Source: Ignavibacteriales bacterium (lineage in GTDB: Bacteria > Bacteroidota > Ignavibacteria > UBA10030 > F1-140-MAGs086). Taken from it: a stretch of DNA of 64,000 nt. The DNA lies in assembly GCA_018335975.1 (NCBI GenBank), contig JAGXRH010000024.1, forward strand, positions 30,738 through 94,737, in the 5' to 3' direction. Shown here piece by piece: positions 37,503-47,217 of the stretch (positions are counted from its first letter, which is position 1; each line of letters begins with the position of its first letter). The translations under genes and the position numbers were made by a program. The notes under the pieces were generated by a model that saw nothing but the letters and a program-made list of their open reading frames with translations, made no database searches and was not told the DNA's origin.

Positions 37503-38653
37503 AAAAAATTCTCATTCTCGGCGCGGGCTTTGGCGGTTTAACGCTCGCATCCGAACTCGATATTCTTGCAAAAGAAAAAAAAACCGGAGTTACACTGATT
37601 GATAAGAGCCCAACATTCTCAATGGGATTTTCGACGCAGTGGGCAATGATGGGACGAAGAACGGTTGATGAAGGAACGCGGAGTTATTCTTCACTGAAAG
37701 CGAAATACGTACAATTTGTCTGCGAGGAAATCATTGCTATCAACGCGAAAGAAAATTTTGTTCAAACAACATCGCAAACATTGAGTTACGATTATCTCGT
37801 TCTTGCCCTCGGAGCGGAACTTGCACCCGAACGCATTCACGGGCTTTCTGAATGTTCATATAATTTATGCGATGCAAACTCCGTTCTTCAGTTGAAATCT
37901 GCGCTTCATACCATAACTGAAGGAACGATTGGTATTTGTATTTCTTCCGTTCCGTTCAAATGTCCGCCCGCACCGTACGAATATGCTTTTCTTATTGACG
38001 ACTTGTTATCAAAACGTGGCGTGAGAAAAAATATTCGCATCGTCGTAACAACACCGGAACCACAGCCAATGCCTGTTGCTGGAAAAATTGTCGGCGAACA
38101 GGTTGTGCAAATGTTACGCGAGCGACGCATTGAATATTTCCCCTTGCATAAACCAATGAAGTTCGATTCCGCGCAGAAGAAAATTCATTTTGAAAACAAC
38201 GCAGAAATTTCTTTTGATATTCTTGGTGCGATGTTTCCACATCAATCCCCAAAAGTTGTGCGCGATGCCGGATTAACTGACGCAAGCGGATTTGTTTTTA
38301 CCGATGTTCACACGATGAAAACTTCAGTCGAAAATATTTTTGCTGTCGGCGATTGTGCAATGTTTAAACTTCCAAACGGAAATCCACACCCCAAAGCCGG
38401 AGTGTTTGCAGAGGAACAAGCAAAGGTAGTAGCAAAAAATATTCTTGCAGAATTCAACGGCGAATCACGTGCGAACTACGAAGGGAGAGGAACGTGTTTT
38501 ATTGACGCGGGAAACGAACAAGCCGCATCCGCTGAAGCATACTTACTTTCACCCGAAGGACCAAAGTTTACTCTTCATCCTCCTTCATCAGATGGAATTG
38601 AAGGAAAGAAACTTTTCGAACGGACTCGTTTTCAGAATTGGTTTGGAGAATAA
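37499..38653 (+). CDS. Sulfide:quinone oxidoreductase-like NAD(P)/FAD-dependent oxidoreductase
   Basis: 384 aa. It has the GAGFGG FAD motif. KCPPAPYEYAF matches the SQR C(F/P)GPAYEYA cysteine motif. A second conserved region is VFAVGDCA. Confidence 0.6.
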   Translation: MKKILILGAGFGGLTLASELDILAKEKKTGVTLIDKSPTFSMGFSTQWAMMGRRTVDEGTRSYSSLKAKYVQFVCEEIIAINAKENFVQTTSQTLSYDYLVLALGAELAPERIHGLSECSYNLCDANSVLQLKSALHTITEGTIGICISSVPFKCPPAPYEYAFLIDDLLSKRGVRKNIRIVVTTPEPQPMPVAGKIVGEQVVQMLRERRIEYFPLHKPMKFDSAQKKIHFENNAEISFDILGAMFPHQSPKVVRDAGLTDASGFVFTDVHTMKTSVENIFAVGDCAMFKLPNGNPHPKAGVFAEEQAKVVAKNILAEFNGESRANYEGRGTCFIDAGNEQAASAEAYLLSPEGPKFTLHPPSSDGIEGKKLFERTRFQNWFGE

Positions 38654-38657
38654 TATA

Positions 38658-38828
38658 ATGGAGCACCAAAACATTTCGTCCGGAACACAATGGGAGAGAG
38701 TTGGGAAAGCGCACGGAGAATTTTTCGGCAATATTCGTCCCGCAACCTCGATGATGGAAGTGAGCAAATTGATTCTACCGGAAATGCTTGTTGAGATTGA
38801 AGCGGAAGCGATAATTTCTGAAGAGTAG
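38658..38828 (+). CDS. Possible small ORF (56 aa) immediately after the SQR-like gene
   Basis: An ATG with a GGAG 9 nt upstream opens MEHQNISSGTQWERVGKAHGEFFGNIRPATSMMEVSKLILPEMLVEIEAEAIISEE. It has only a vague resemblance to DUF1858-type redox small proteins and could be spurious. Confidence 0.25.
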   Translation: MEHQNISSGTQWERVGKAHGEFFGNIRPATSMMEVSKLILPEMLVEIEAEAIISEE

Positions 38829-38894
38829 AAAATTTGATTTCGGCTAAAATATTTTTACTTTTGAACACATAAAATTTATAGAAAGAAACCCACG

Positions 38895-39344
38895 ATGGCT
38901 ACTGTAAAAAGTTTAATTCAAAATCGTCCTGTCATTGTATTGCAGCGGGACGCCACTGTTTTTGAAGCCGCACAAATTATGGCGGAAAAAAATATCGGCG
39001 CAATTCCTATTCTCGACGGAACACGGCTCGTAGGAATTTTTTCCGAACGCGATATTATTACGCGTGTTGTAACGAAAGAACTCAATCCCAAAACAGTACG
39101 CGTGGAGAGCGTAATGACGAAAGACCTCATCATAGCCGATGCAAATGAAAGCGAAGAAGCGTGTTTGGTGAAAATGAAATCGGCAAACTGTCGCCATCTT
39201 CCTGTTGTTTCCGGCGAATCGTTGCTCGGAATACTTTCCCTCCGCGACCTCCTGCAAGCAGAAATTTTCGACCGCGAACAAATGGTGGAATACCTTTCCG
39301 GTTACATTTTCCACCTTCCTCCCGACTCTGTAACGAAAAAATGA
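38895..39344 (+). CDS. CBS domain pair protein
   Basis: 149 aa with two CBS motifs (VIVLQRDATVFEAAQIMAEKNIGAIPIL...; VMTKDLIIADANESEEACLVKMKSANCRHLPVV). Confidence 0.75.
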   Translation: MATVKSLIQNRPVIVLQRDATVFEAAQIMAEKNIGAIPILDGTRLVGIFSERDIITRVVTKELNPKTVRVESVMTKDLIIADANESEEACLVKMKSANCRHLPVVSGESLLGILSLRDLLQAEIFDREQMVEYLSGYIFHLPPDSVTKK

Positions 39345-39446
39345 GAGGGAAAGAATTTTCCGCTCATTTAATTTGCAATTTCTTCCTTCGTATCTTTTTG
39401 CCCGAAATTTTATTTCACGGCGATTATTATTCATTCAACAACATTT

Positions 39447-39677
39447 ATGCCAACAAAAATTATTATCAAATCCAACGGTAGCATCAAAGCCGAAGGAGAG
39501 TTTGAACTCTTCGACGACAAAGGAAACAAATTCGATATCGGTGAACGCACGCGCATTTCTCTTTGTCGCTGCGGGCTCAGTAAAACAAAACCATTCTGCG
39601 ACCACTCCCATCGCGACGGTAATTTTCAAGCGGAGAGTATTGCCTTTGCGCTTCCTCCGCCGATGCCGAAACAGTAA
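39447..39677 (+). CDS. CDGSH iron-sulfur domain protein
   Basis: 76 aa containing CRCGLSKTKPFCDHSH, the C-x-C-x2-S-x3-P-x-C-D-x-SH CDGSH-type signature. Confidence 0.7.
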   Translation: MPTKIIIKSNGSIKAEGEFELFDDKGNKFDIGERTRISLCRCGLSKTKPFCDHSHRDGNFQAESIAFALPPPMPKQ

Positions 39678-39682
39678 TATAT

Positions 39683-39717
39683 TTACGAATTACGATTTAC
39701 GAATTGCGATTTACGAT
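39683..39717. repeat. Tandem heptanucleotide repeat (TTACGAA/TTACGAT/TTGCGAT x5), intergenic
   Basis: Sequence ttacgaa ttacgat ttacgaa ttgcgat ttacgat directly visible downstream of the CDGSH gene. It has the same ACGAAT core as the family A palindromes. Confidence 0.6.
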
Positions 39718-39760
39718 TCCAACTTACAACTTGAAACTCTAAACCCGAAACGGAATTTCA

Positions 39761-41077
39761 ATGCAGCACGAAAATTTTTACATAACAATGCAAGACGGAA
39801 CGGTGAAACAAGTCAATCCGTTCACCGGCGCGGAAGTGTGGTCTGTGCCGGGGCGCAGCAATAAACCGATTACGAACGGCGTTCCAACAACTTCAAAAAA
39901 GGTTGACCTTCATTCGCCGGAAGATTATTGCAGTTTTTGCGCCGCGCGCTATTTTGAAACTCCGCCGGAAAAAGCGCGGATGATTATGCAAGAGGGAAAG
40001 TATCTTTCCATCAAACATCTTTCCGCGCCGGAATATTTTTCGAGCGAAGCATTGTTCCGCCGTACGCCGAATTTATTTGAAATCGTTACGCTCGATTACT
40101 GGAAGAAAAATTTCGACTATCGGATGAACGATGAATTGTTGCAGTGGCGCGATGCGTACATCAAAAACGGATTGGGAAAAAATCATTTGCTCAACATTCT
40201 CAATTACAAATTGAAGCAAACGGGAAAAACCGATGATGAAATTGCCGCAATTCCCGGCGATGAAAAATTACAACTCGCAGATGCATTTTTCGGCGGCGGA
40301 CACGATTTAATTATTGCAGGACAACATTACATCCGAGATGCAGAATTCGATTACCAGCTTTTTTCATCGGGAGAAATGACACCGGAAGAACATTATCACT
40401 ACTTCACGTTTACGATTGAAGCGATGCGCGATATCATTGCAAACAATCGGTATGTGCGGTACATCAGCGTGTTTCAAAACTGGCTTCGTCCTGCAGGCGC
40501 ATCGTTCGACCATTTGCACAAACAACTTGTCGCGCTCGATGAATGGGGCTCTTCGTTGCAGCATCAAACGAAAATGGTGCGCGAAGACCCGAATGTATTT
40601 AACGAGTTCGGAGTAAATTTTGCCGCGCATCATAATTTAGTCTTTGCGGAAAATGAATTTGCTATTGCGTTTATCGGCATCGGTCACCGTTTTCCGACGA
40701 TTGAAGTGTACTCGCGTTCCGTTGCGGGAAATCCGTTCGACCAAACTCCTGAAGAAGTTCGCGGCGTGAGTGATTTGGTGCATTCGATTCACGCGGCATT
40801 GGGAAGTCAGGTTTCGTGCAATGAGGAATGGTATTACACGCCGTTCGATTCGATTTACAAAATGCCGTGGCACGTGTTGATTAAACTGCGCGTCAATATT
40901 CCCGCGGGATTTGAAGGGGGAACGGGAATTTATCTCAACCCGATGACGCCGCCGGAACTTCGCGATAAAATTGTTCCGCGAATGTATAAACTCCGCGACG
41001 AAGGAAAAGTGAGCGGCAATCGTGTTGCCGAAGAGTGCAGCGTTGTTCCGAACCCGTTGAAGTATTATTTGAGGTAG
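39761..41077 (+). CDS. GalT-like nucleotidyltransferase (HIT superfamily; galactose-1-phosphate uridylyltransferase-like)
   Basis: 438 aa with an N-terminal CSFCAA zinc-site-like motif and an H-x-H-x-Q active-site-like motif (FDHLHKQL), as in class I GalT. Larger than E. coli GalT. Specific substrate unknown. Confidence 0.5.
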   Translation: MQHENFYITMQDGTVKQVNPFTGAEVWSVPGRSNKPITNGVPTTSKKVDLHSPEDYCSFCAARYFETPPEKARMIMQEGKYLSIKHLSAPEYFSSEALFRRTPNLFEIVTLDYWKKNFDYRMNDELLQWRDAYIKNGLGKNHLLNILNYKLKQTGKTDDEIAAIPGDEKLQLADAFFGGGHDLIIAGQHYIRDAEFDYQLFSSGEMTPEEHYHYFTFTIEAMRDIIANNRYVRYISVFQNWLRPAGASFDHLHKQLVALDEWGSSLQHQTKMVREDPNVFNEFGVNFAAHHNLVFAENEFAIAFIGIGHRFPTIEVYSRSVAGNPFDQTPEEVRGVSDLVHSIHAALGSQVSCNEEWYYTPFDSIYKMPWHVLIKLRVNIPAGFEGGTGIYLNPMTPPELRDKIVPRMYKLRDEGKVSGNRVAEECSVVPNPLKYYLR

Positions 41078-41110
41078 TGTGTTGTGGTTTTAACAAGTGA
41101 ACATTAAAAA

Positions 41111-42250
41111 ATGACGCAACAAGAACTAAATAAGTTACTGGAAACGACATTTACAATTCCTGTTGAGATTAGGTTGAATACATTTCCCAATGACACACCT
41201 TACCCACAAATAGCGAATTTACAACAGACTGGTTTTGAAATTTCAGCACGAGAACTTTTACATGCTATTGGTTCAAAGACTGCATCACTTCCGGCAAACT
41301 ATCAAGACGAGTGCATAAACTCTGCATATAAATTTCTGCATCTCCTGGATTTTGAAGGAGAGCATCTTGGTTACAAGACGATTATCAATATTGGTTCTGA
41401 CCTTCAGACAAACACAAGCAATGAAATTGGCATCGGTTTCGGCTGCTTAATCGCAAACAAACTATTCAATGTTGATTGGGACACATTAGAACCAATTCTA
41501 GGTCATGGGATGAAATTTGATTATCGGGCGACAAATCCTGGCCAGAACTATGTTTACGAGTTTAAGGGAACTAAACATCGTAAAAAACAAAACGAGCAAA
41601 TTGGAAATGGATTAGATAAAAAAAATGAAATGCATAATCGAAATGAATCATACGATGTAGAATTGATTGTTTCAGCTCACTTAGGATATTCAAATCAAGA
41701 GCCGAGAATAATATTAGCCGACCCAAAATTTCATGGCTTTGAAAATGAATTCACGGAAGAGGCAAAAATAATTTACCGATTAAGACACTTGGCGAGGATA
41801 GCACAGTATATTGGTAACTCACAATTAGGTAGGGTGCTTTACATGCAATCAAGAAAACTTCTTATTAAAAAGGATATTGCGCAAGTTCAAGAGTTCGGTG
41901 AAAAATTATTAAAGCATGAGTTGCGGTCAAGAGAATCTCAAAAGATGTTAGAACGAATAATTACTATAACCGTTGACAACAGAAATTTCATTGGTCGTTG
42001 GGTCTCTTATTGGCAACCGAAAACAAAAAATTTCAAGGGGAATGATTTTAGACTTCCGAGATTTTCCAAAAGAGGTAAAGTAGAAATCTTCCAAGGCGCA
42101 TCCGCAGATATTTATAAAACAATGACTGAAACCTCATTAACTGCGTTAAAAGAAAAATTGCAATATGTACAAGCTAAATACAAAACCAATGACGATATTG
42201 AATTCACAACCTTTGATGACGGAACTACAATGGCGTTTCGTATCATTTAG
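41111..42250 (+). CDS. Hypothetical protein, horizontally acquired (AT-rich), possible PD-(D/E)xK nuclease fold
   Basis: 379-aa ORF. Its codon usage (tta, aga, agg, ata, A/T third positions) differs from flanking GC3-rich host genes. It contains GMKFDYRA...NYVYEFKGTK, a D-x13-E-x-K arrangement compatible with a PD-(D/E)xK catalytic core. No other motif recognised. Confidence 0.5.
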   Translation: MTQQELNKLLETTFTIPVEIRLNTFPNDTPYPQIANLQQTGFEISARELLHAIGSKTASLPANYQDECINSAYKFLHLLDFEGEHLGYKTIINIGSDLQTNTSNEIGIGFGCLIANKLFNVDWDTLEPILGHGMKFDYRATNPGQNYVYEFKGTKHRKKQNEQIGNGLDKKNEMHNRNESYDVELIVSAHLGYSNQEPRIILADPKFHGFENEFTEEAKIIYRLRHLARIAQYIGNSQLGRVLYMQSRKLLIKKDIAQVQEFGEKLLKHELRSRESQKMLERIITITVDNRNFIGRWVSYWQPKTKNFKGNDFRLPRFSKRGKVEIFQGASADIYKTMTETSLTALKEKLQYVQAKYKTNDDIEFTTFDDGTTMAFRII

Positions 42251-42267
42251 ATAACTTAACATCTCTC

Positions 42268-43119
42268 TTGCTCCTCCGCGCGTACGCTAAAATCAATCTC
42301 GGTCTTCGTGTTCTCAGAAAACGTGCCGATGGCTTTCACGACATTGAAACAGTTTTTCATCGCATCAATTTGTTTGATGAAATTGAATTGACGGCGTGTG
42401 ATGCAGGAATTTCTATTTCGTGCGCCAATGAAAACATTCCGCTTGACGCAGGAAATCTCTGCGTGCAAGCGGCGATGTTATTTCAACAAGAAACAAACAT
42501 ACATCGCGGCGTTGATATAAAACTCAATAAAATAATTCCTGTTGGCGCAGGACTTGGCGGTGGAAGTTCCGATGCGGCAACGGTTCTTCTCGCGCTTTCC
42601 GAGTTGTGGAAAATTCCCGTTCCGTTTTTAAAACTTCGTGAACTCGCGCTCAAACTTGGTTCCGATGTTCCGTATTTTTTACTCGATGGAACTGCGTATG
42701 CAACCGGACGCGGCGAAGTGTTGGAATATTTTCCGTTTACCGTTCCGTATTGGATTGTTGTACTTTTTCCCAACGAACAAATATTTACGAAATGGGCGTA
42801 TCAACACGTGCGAGTGAAAGATGATTACAAAAAATCCATCAAAGAAATTTTGTTGGAAAACATTCACGATATGGAACAACTGCGCGAGCATTTGGATAAC
42901 GATTTTGAAGAACCCATCTTCGAACAATTTCCACTCATCAGAGATTTGCGGAAAGGATTTTATCTTTCCGGCGCAGAATACGTTTCGCTTTCGGGAAGCG
43001 GTTCGGCGATGTATGGCTTTTACAAAGATGAAAACGACGCTCGCAAATTTCAACGAACGATGGTGGACAAAATTCAAATGCTCACATACATTACACCGCC
43101 AAATTTTACAACAATATAA
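42268..43119 (+). CDS. ispE: 4-diphosphocytidyl-2-C-methyl-D-erythritol kinase IspE
   Basis: 283 aa (TTG start). It has AYAKINLGLRVLRKRADGFHDIETVF and the GHMP kinase motif PVGAGLGGGSSDAA. Confidence 0.85.
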   Translation: MLLRAYAKINLGLRVLRKRADGFHDIETVFHRINLFDEIELTACDAGISISCANENIPLDAGNLCVQAAMLFQQETNIHRGVDIKLNKIIPVGAGLGGGSSDAATVLLALSELWKIPVPFLKLRELALKLGSDVPYFLLDGTAYATGRGEVLEYFPFTVPYWIVVLFPNEQIFTKWAYQHVRVKDDYKKSIKEILLENIHDMEQLREHLDNDFEEPIFEQFPLIRDLRKGFYLSGAEYVSLSGSGSAMYGFYKDENDARKFQRTMVDKIQMLTYITPPNFTTI

Positions 43120-43227
43120 TTCACTTGGGATTATTGTGATTGAACAGATTCCAATTTCAATAATACCAATAATGCCAAGTGAATAAACTTTCCAATCTAA
43201 AATCTTAAATATAAAATCTAAAATTAC

Positions 43228-45171
43228 TTGATATCCCTCCAAAACATTTCCATACAATTCGGCGGCGAATATTTATTTGAAGACGTTTCGTTTTACATCA
43301 ACGCGAACGACAGAATCGGTTTAGTCGGTTCAAACGGCGCGGGCAAAACAACGCTGATGAAAATTCTTATCGGAAAGCAAGAACCGGATTCCGGCATTGT
43401 ACAAAAAGCGAAGTACGTTTCCATCGGTTATTTGCAGCAAGAAACCGAACATCTCGAAGGACGAAGTTTAATTGAAGAAACCGAATCCGCTTTTGATGAT
43501 GTAAAAAAAATCGAAAGCGATTTAGAAGAAATACATCTGCAACTGCAAAACACATCGCACGAAAATCCGGAGTTCAACGATTTGATTGAATTGCAAGGAG
43601 AATTTCAACACAAACTCGAAGCGCTCGACGCATTTCGTATTCGTTCCAAAACGGAAAAAGTATTGATGGGGCTTGGTTTTTCCGTTGAAGATTTCGGGCG
43701 CGATTGCAATGAGTTCAGCGGCGGTTGGCAAATGCGAATTTCTCTCGCAAAACTTTTATTGAAAAATCCTTCGCTACTTCTTCTTGATGAACCGACAAAT
43801 CATCTCGATATTGAATCGCTGGAATGGTTGGAAAATTACTTGCGTTCGTATGAAGGCGCGATAGTGTTAATTTCCCACGACCGCGCATTTCTCGATAATA
43901 TGACGAAACGAACGCTTGCAATCGTGAATGGAAACTTTGAAGAGTATTCCGGCAATTATTCTTTTTACGAAACGGAATCAGTTGCGCGAAAAGCGTTGGT
44001 CGTTGCCGCGTTCAAAAATCAACAGTCGCAAATAAAACAAACCGAACAATTCATCGAACGATTCCGGTACAAAGCAACGAAAGCACGACAGGTGCAAAGC
44101 CGCATCAAACAATTGGATAAAGTGGAACGCATCGAAATTGAAGATGAAGAAAGCGGAATACGATTTCATTTTCCCTCACCGCCGCCATCGGGGAAGGTGG
44201 TAATGGAGTTGAAAAGTATTTCAAAGAAGTATGGCGATAATCTCGTTCTTACGAATTTAAATTTTATGGTTGAACGCGGCGATAGAATTGCCTTCGTCGG
44301 GGTGAATGGCGCGGGAAAATCAACACTTTCCAAAATAATTGCGGGAGTGGAAAAATTAACTTCCGGCGAACGCATCGTTGGTTACAATGCAGCCATTGCC
44401 TATTTCGCCCAACATCAAGCGGATGAACTCGATGGAAACAAAACGGTGTATGAAAGCGCGGCAGAACTTTCCTCCGGCGAATCGAGAACACGATTGCAAA
44501 CACTTCTCGGAAGTTTTTTATTTCGCGGTGATGATGTAATGAAAAAAGTTCGTGTGTTAAGCGGCGGAGAAAAAAGTCGTTTGGCGTTGGCAAGAATGTT
44601 GCTTTCACCCGCGAATTTATTGGTGATGGACGAACCGACCAATCATTTAGATATGCGTTCCAAAAAAATATTGCAGGATGCGCTGGAAAAATTTGACGGA
44701 ACGTACATCATCGTTTCACACGACAGACATTTTCTTGACACGATTGTCAATAAAGTTGTGGAAGTGAAAAACCACTCAGCAAAAACATACATCGGAAATG
44801 TTTCGGAATATCTCGCGGCAAAGAAAAAAGAAATTGAACAAGCGAACGTAAAACCGCAATCACAAAACCAATCTCGAGCGCGGACGAATGAAATGAAACG
44901 TGCGGAAGCGGAAGAACGCCAGCGGATTTCAAAATTCACAAAAACGCTGAAAGAAAAGTTGCACAAAGTAGAAAAGGAACTTGAAACGAAGGAAGAAAGA
45001 AAAAGCGAATGTGAGAAACTGATGAGCGACCCGAATTTTTATACAAATGCGGAACAGGTGAAATCTGTAACCACGGAATTCAAAAAACTCAGCGAGGATG
45101 TCAGTTGGTTATATGCAGATTGGGAAAAATTGACCGCAGATATCGAAAAGGTTGTGAAAGCGAATTCTTAA
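43228..45171 (+). CDS. ABC-F family ATPase (translation-associated, Uup/EttA-like)
   Basis: 647 aa with two NBDs (GSNGAGKTTL / GVNGAGKSTL; LSGGWQMRISLA / LSGGEKSRLALA) and no TMD. The C-terminal coiled-coil KE-rich tail is typical of ABC-F proteins. Confidence 0.9.
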   Translation: MISLQNISIQFGGEYLFEDVSFYINANDRIGLVGSNGAGKTTLMKILIGKQEPDSGIVQKAKYVSIGYLQQETEHLEGRSLIEETESAFDDVKKIESDLEEIHLQLQNTSHENPEFNDLIELQGEFQHKLEALDAFRIRSKTEKVLMGLGFSVEDFGRDCNEFSGGWQMRISLAKLLLKNPSLLLLDEPTNHLDIESLEWLENYLRSYEGAIVLISHDRAFLDNMTKRTLAIVNGNFEEYSGNYSFYETESVARKALVVAAFKNQQSQIKQTEQFIERFRYKATKARQVQSRIKQLDKVERIEIEDEESGIRFHFPSPPPSGKVVMELKSISKKYGDNLVLTNLNFMVERGDRIAFVGVNGAGKSTLSKIIAGVEKLTSGERIVGYNAAIAYFAQHQADELDGNKTVYESAAELSSGESRTRLQTLLGSFLFRGDDVMKKVRVLSGGEKSRLALARMLLSPANLLVMDEPTNHLDMRSKKILQDALEKFDGTYIIVSHDRHFLDTIVNKVVEVKNHSAKTYIGNVSEYLAAKKKEIEQANVKPQSQNQSRARTNEMKRAEAEERQRISKFTKTLKEKLHKVEKELETKEERKSECEKLMSDPNFYTNAEQVKSVTTEFKKLSEDVSWLYADWEKLTADIEKVVKANS

Positions 45172-45173
45172 AC

Positions 45174-45216
45174 AGATACGCGCAGAAGAAATACCCACCG
45201 CCGTATCTTTTCTTCT
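45174..45216 (+). terminator. Possible terminator hairpin after the ABC-F gene
   Basis: Hairpin agatacg(cg)...cgccgtatct followed by a TTTTCTTCTC tract. The loop is fairly long (about 20 nt). Confidence 0.35.
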
Positions 45217-45270
45217 CTGACAATTTCACTATCTTTTCCCCGCATTTTTATTTAAGCAGGAAAATCAATT

Positions 45271-45789
45271 ATGAAAAAATCAATATTCATCGTTTCAATA
45301 ATATTTCTCTTTCTCCTCACCAACGTTTCTTTTTCGGGAGAGAAAGAAGAATCTGCAAAAGCGCCGAAGGTTGAAATTGCCCAATGGTTGCAAGGTGAAG
45401 TAAAAGCCGCTAAAGGAAAAAATTTCTACGAAGGAAAAACGCTCGTGCTCGAGTTCTGGGCGACGTGGTGCGGACCGTGCAGAAGAATCATTCCGCATAT
45501 GAATGAACTCGTGGACCAATTCAAAAGCGACAGCGTCATTTTCCTTTCGCTCTCCGATGAAAAGAAAGAGGTCGTGGAACCCTTTCTTGCAAAAAATAAA
45601 ATGAAAGCATCTATTGCGCTCGATAATCAGGATAAAACCTTCAGCGCATACGGAGTTTCTTCCATTCCCAATATGTTCGTCATTGATAAAAAAGGCAATG
45701 TGGTTTGGGGCGGTCATCCGGCAATGTTTTCAAAAGAAATGCTCGAAGTATATTTGAAAACCGGCGCATTTCCCGAAAGCAAAGAATAA
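45271..45789 (+). CDS. TlpA-like thiol-disulfide oxidoreductase (thioredoxin fold, exported)
   Basis: 172 aa with a signal peptide and a WCGPC active site (LEFWATWCGPCRRIIPHM). Confidence 0.75.
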   Translation: MKKSIFIVSIIFLFLLTNVSFSGEKEESAKAPKVEIAQWLQGEVKAAKGKNFYEGKTLVLEFWATWCGPCRRIIPHMNELVDQFKSDSVIFLSLSDEKKEVVEPFLAKNKMKASIALDNQDKTFSAYGVSSIPNMFVIDKKGNVVWGGHPAMFSKEMLEVYLKTGAFPESKE

Positions 45790-45867
45790 CTTCGACGCAC
45801 CTTCTCATTCAAATTACATTTTTGTATCTTTTCGCCCCAAATTATTTTTTTATTTATGGAGACTGAT

Positions 45868-47217
45868 ATGTTTCGATTGAAATCTTCACTTTTATTTTTG
45901 TCTTTTCTGTTTATGTTCGTAACAACCTATGCTTCCGATGAGAGCAAAATTTTTCCGTATCCCGTCAACAAAGTCGTTTTAGAAAACGGTTTGACGCTCA
46001 TTTCAATTCCGTACGAAAGCCCGGGAATTGTTGCGTATTACACGGTGGTGCGTACCGGTTCCCGCAATGAAGTGGAAATCGGAAAGTCCGGTTTCGCGCA
46101 TTTCTTTGAGCATATGATGTTTCGCGGAACCGAAAAATATTCCGCGCATGCATATAATGATGCGGTGAAAAAACTCGGCAGCGACGCAAACGCCTTTACC
46201 GACGACGATTGGACGGCGTATCACCTTGTTGCAAGTTCCTCCGCGCTGGAAACGATTATGGATATTGAAAGCGACCGGTTCAAAAATTTGAAATACGCCG
46301 AAGAAGATTTCAAGACCGAAGCGGGAGCAATTATGGGGGAATACAATAAGAGTTATTCCAACCCGATGCTTTCGATGTTTGAAAAATTACAAGATGCGGC
46401 GTTTACCACACACACGTATAAACATACGACCATCGGTTTTTTAGACGATATAAAAGATATGCCGAACCAGTATAATTACAGTTTGCAATTTTTTGATAGA
46501 TGGTATCGCCCCGATAATTGTTTTTTGGTTGTTGTTGGCGATTTCGACCAAACGAAATTGGTTGACCTGACGAAAAAATATTATGGCGATTGGAAACGGG
46601 GAACGGCGAAACGTCCCGAAGTTCCGCAAGAGCCGCCGCAAACAGCAGAGAAAGTAATTTCGATGACGTGGAAAACTCCAACGTTACCGATGCTTGCGAT
46701 TGGTTATCACGTTCCTGCATTCAACGACAGAGAAGTGGATATTCCTGCGCTCGATGTTCTCTCGCAGTTGTATTTTTCCGAAAGCTCTTCTCTGTTTCAA
46801 AAATTAGTGGTTGAAGAACAACTTGTGGATTTTGTGGACGGCAGTTATCAAAATCACCGCGACCCGTGGCTGTTCGTCGTTCTTTCCCGCATAAAGGACA
46901 AAACGAACATAGAAAAAGTACAGAACGCAATTTATGCTGCACTGGATGAAGCCAAAACAAAACCCGTTTCCGCAGAACAACTTGCGAACGTAAAATCGCA
47001 TATGAAGTACCAATTTGCGATGGGATTAAATAATGCCGACGCCGTTGCCGTTACCGTCGGGAATTATTTGCAAATCACTGGCGACCACGAAAGCATCAAT
47101 CGTATCTATCAGATGTACGCCAAAGTTTCCGCCGAAGATATTATGACCGTGGCGAAAAAATATTTCACCAAAGAAAACCGAACCATACTCACGCTGACGC
47201 AGGAGGATTCCAAATGA
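45868..47217 (+). CDS. M16 family zinc peptidase (insulinase-like), catalytic subunit
   Basis: It has a signal peptide and the HxxEH inverted zinc motif (GFAHFFEHMMFRGT). About 450 aa, typical for M16. Confidence 0.8.
   Translation: MFRLKSSLLFLSFLFMFVTTYASDESKIFPYPVNKVVLENGLTLISIPYESPGIVAYYTVVRTGSRNEVEIGKSGFAHFFEHMMFRGTEKYSAHAYNDAVKKLGSDANAFTDDDWTAYHLVASSSALETIMDIESDRFKNLKYAEEDFKTEAGAIMGEYNKSYSNPMLSMFEKLQDAAFTTHTYKHTTIGFLDDIKDMPNQYNYSLQFFDRWYRPDNCFLVVVGDFDQTKLVDLTKKYYGDWKRGTAKRPEVPQEPPQTAEKVISMTWKTPTLPMLAIGYHVPAFNDREVDIPALDVLSQLYFSESSSLFQKLVVEEQLVDFVDGSYQNHRDPWLFVVLSRIKDKTNIEKVQNAIYAALDEAKTKPVSAEQLANVKSHMKYQFAMGLNNADAVAVTVGNYLQITGDHESINRIYQMYAKVSAEDIMTVAKKYFTKENRTILTLTQEDSK

Noticed and set aside
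42679-43257. 192-aa minus-strand ORF across ispE and the ABC-F start
   Set aside because: It is antisense to two well-supported genes and has no recognisable domain.
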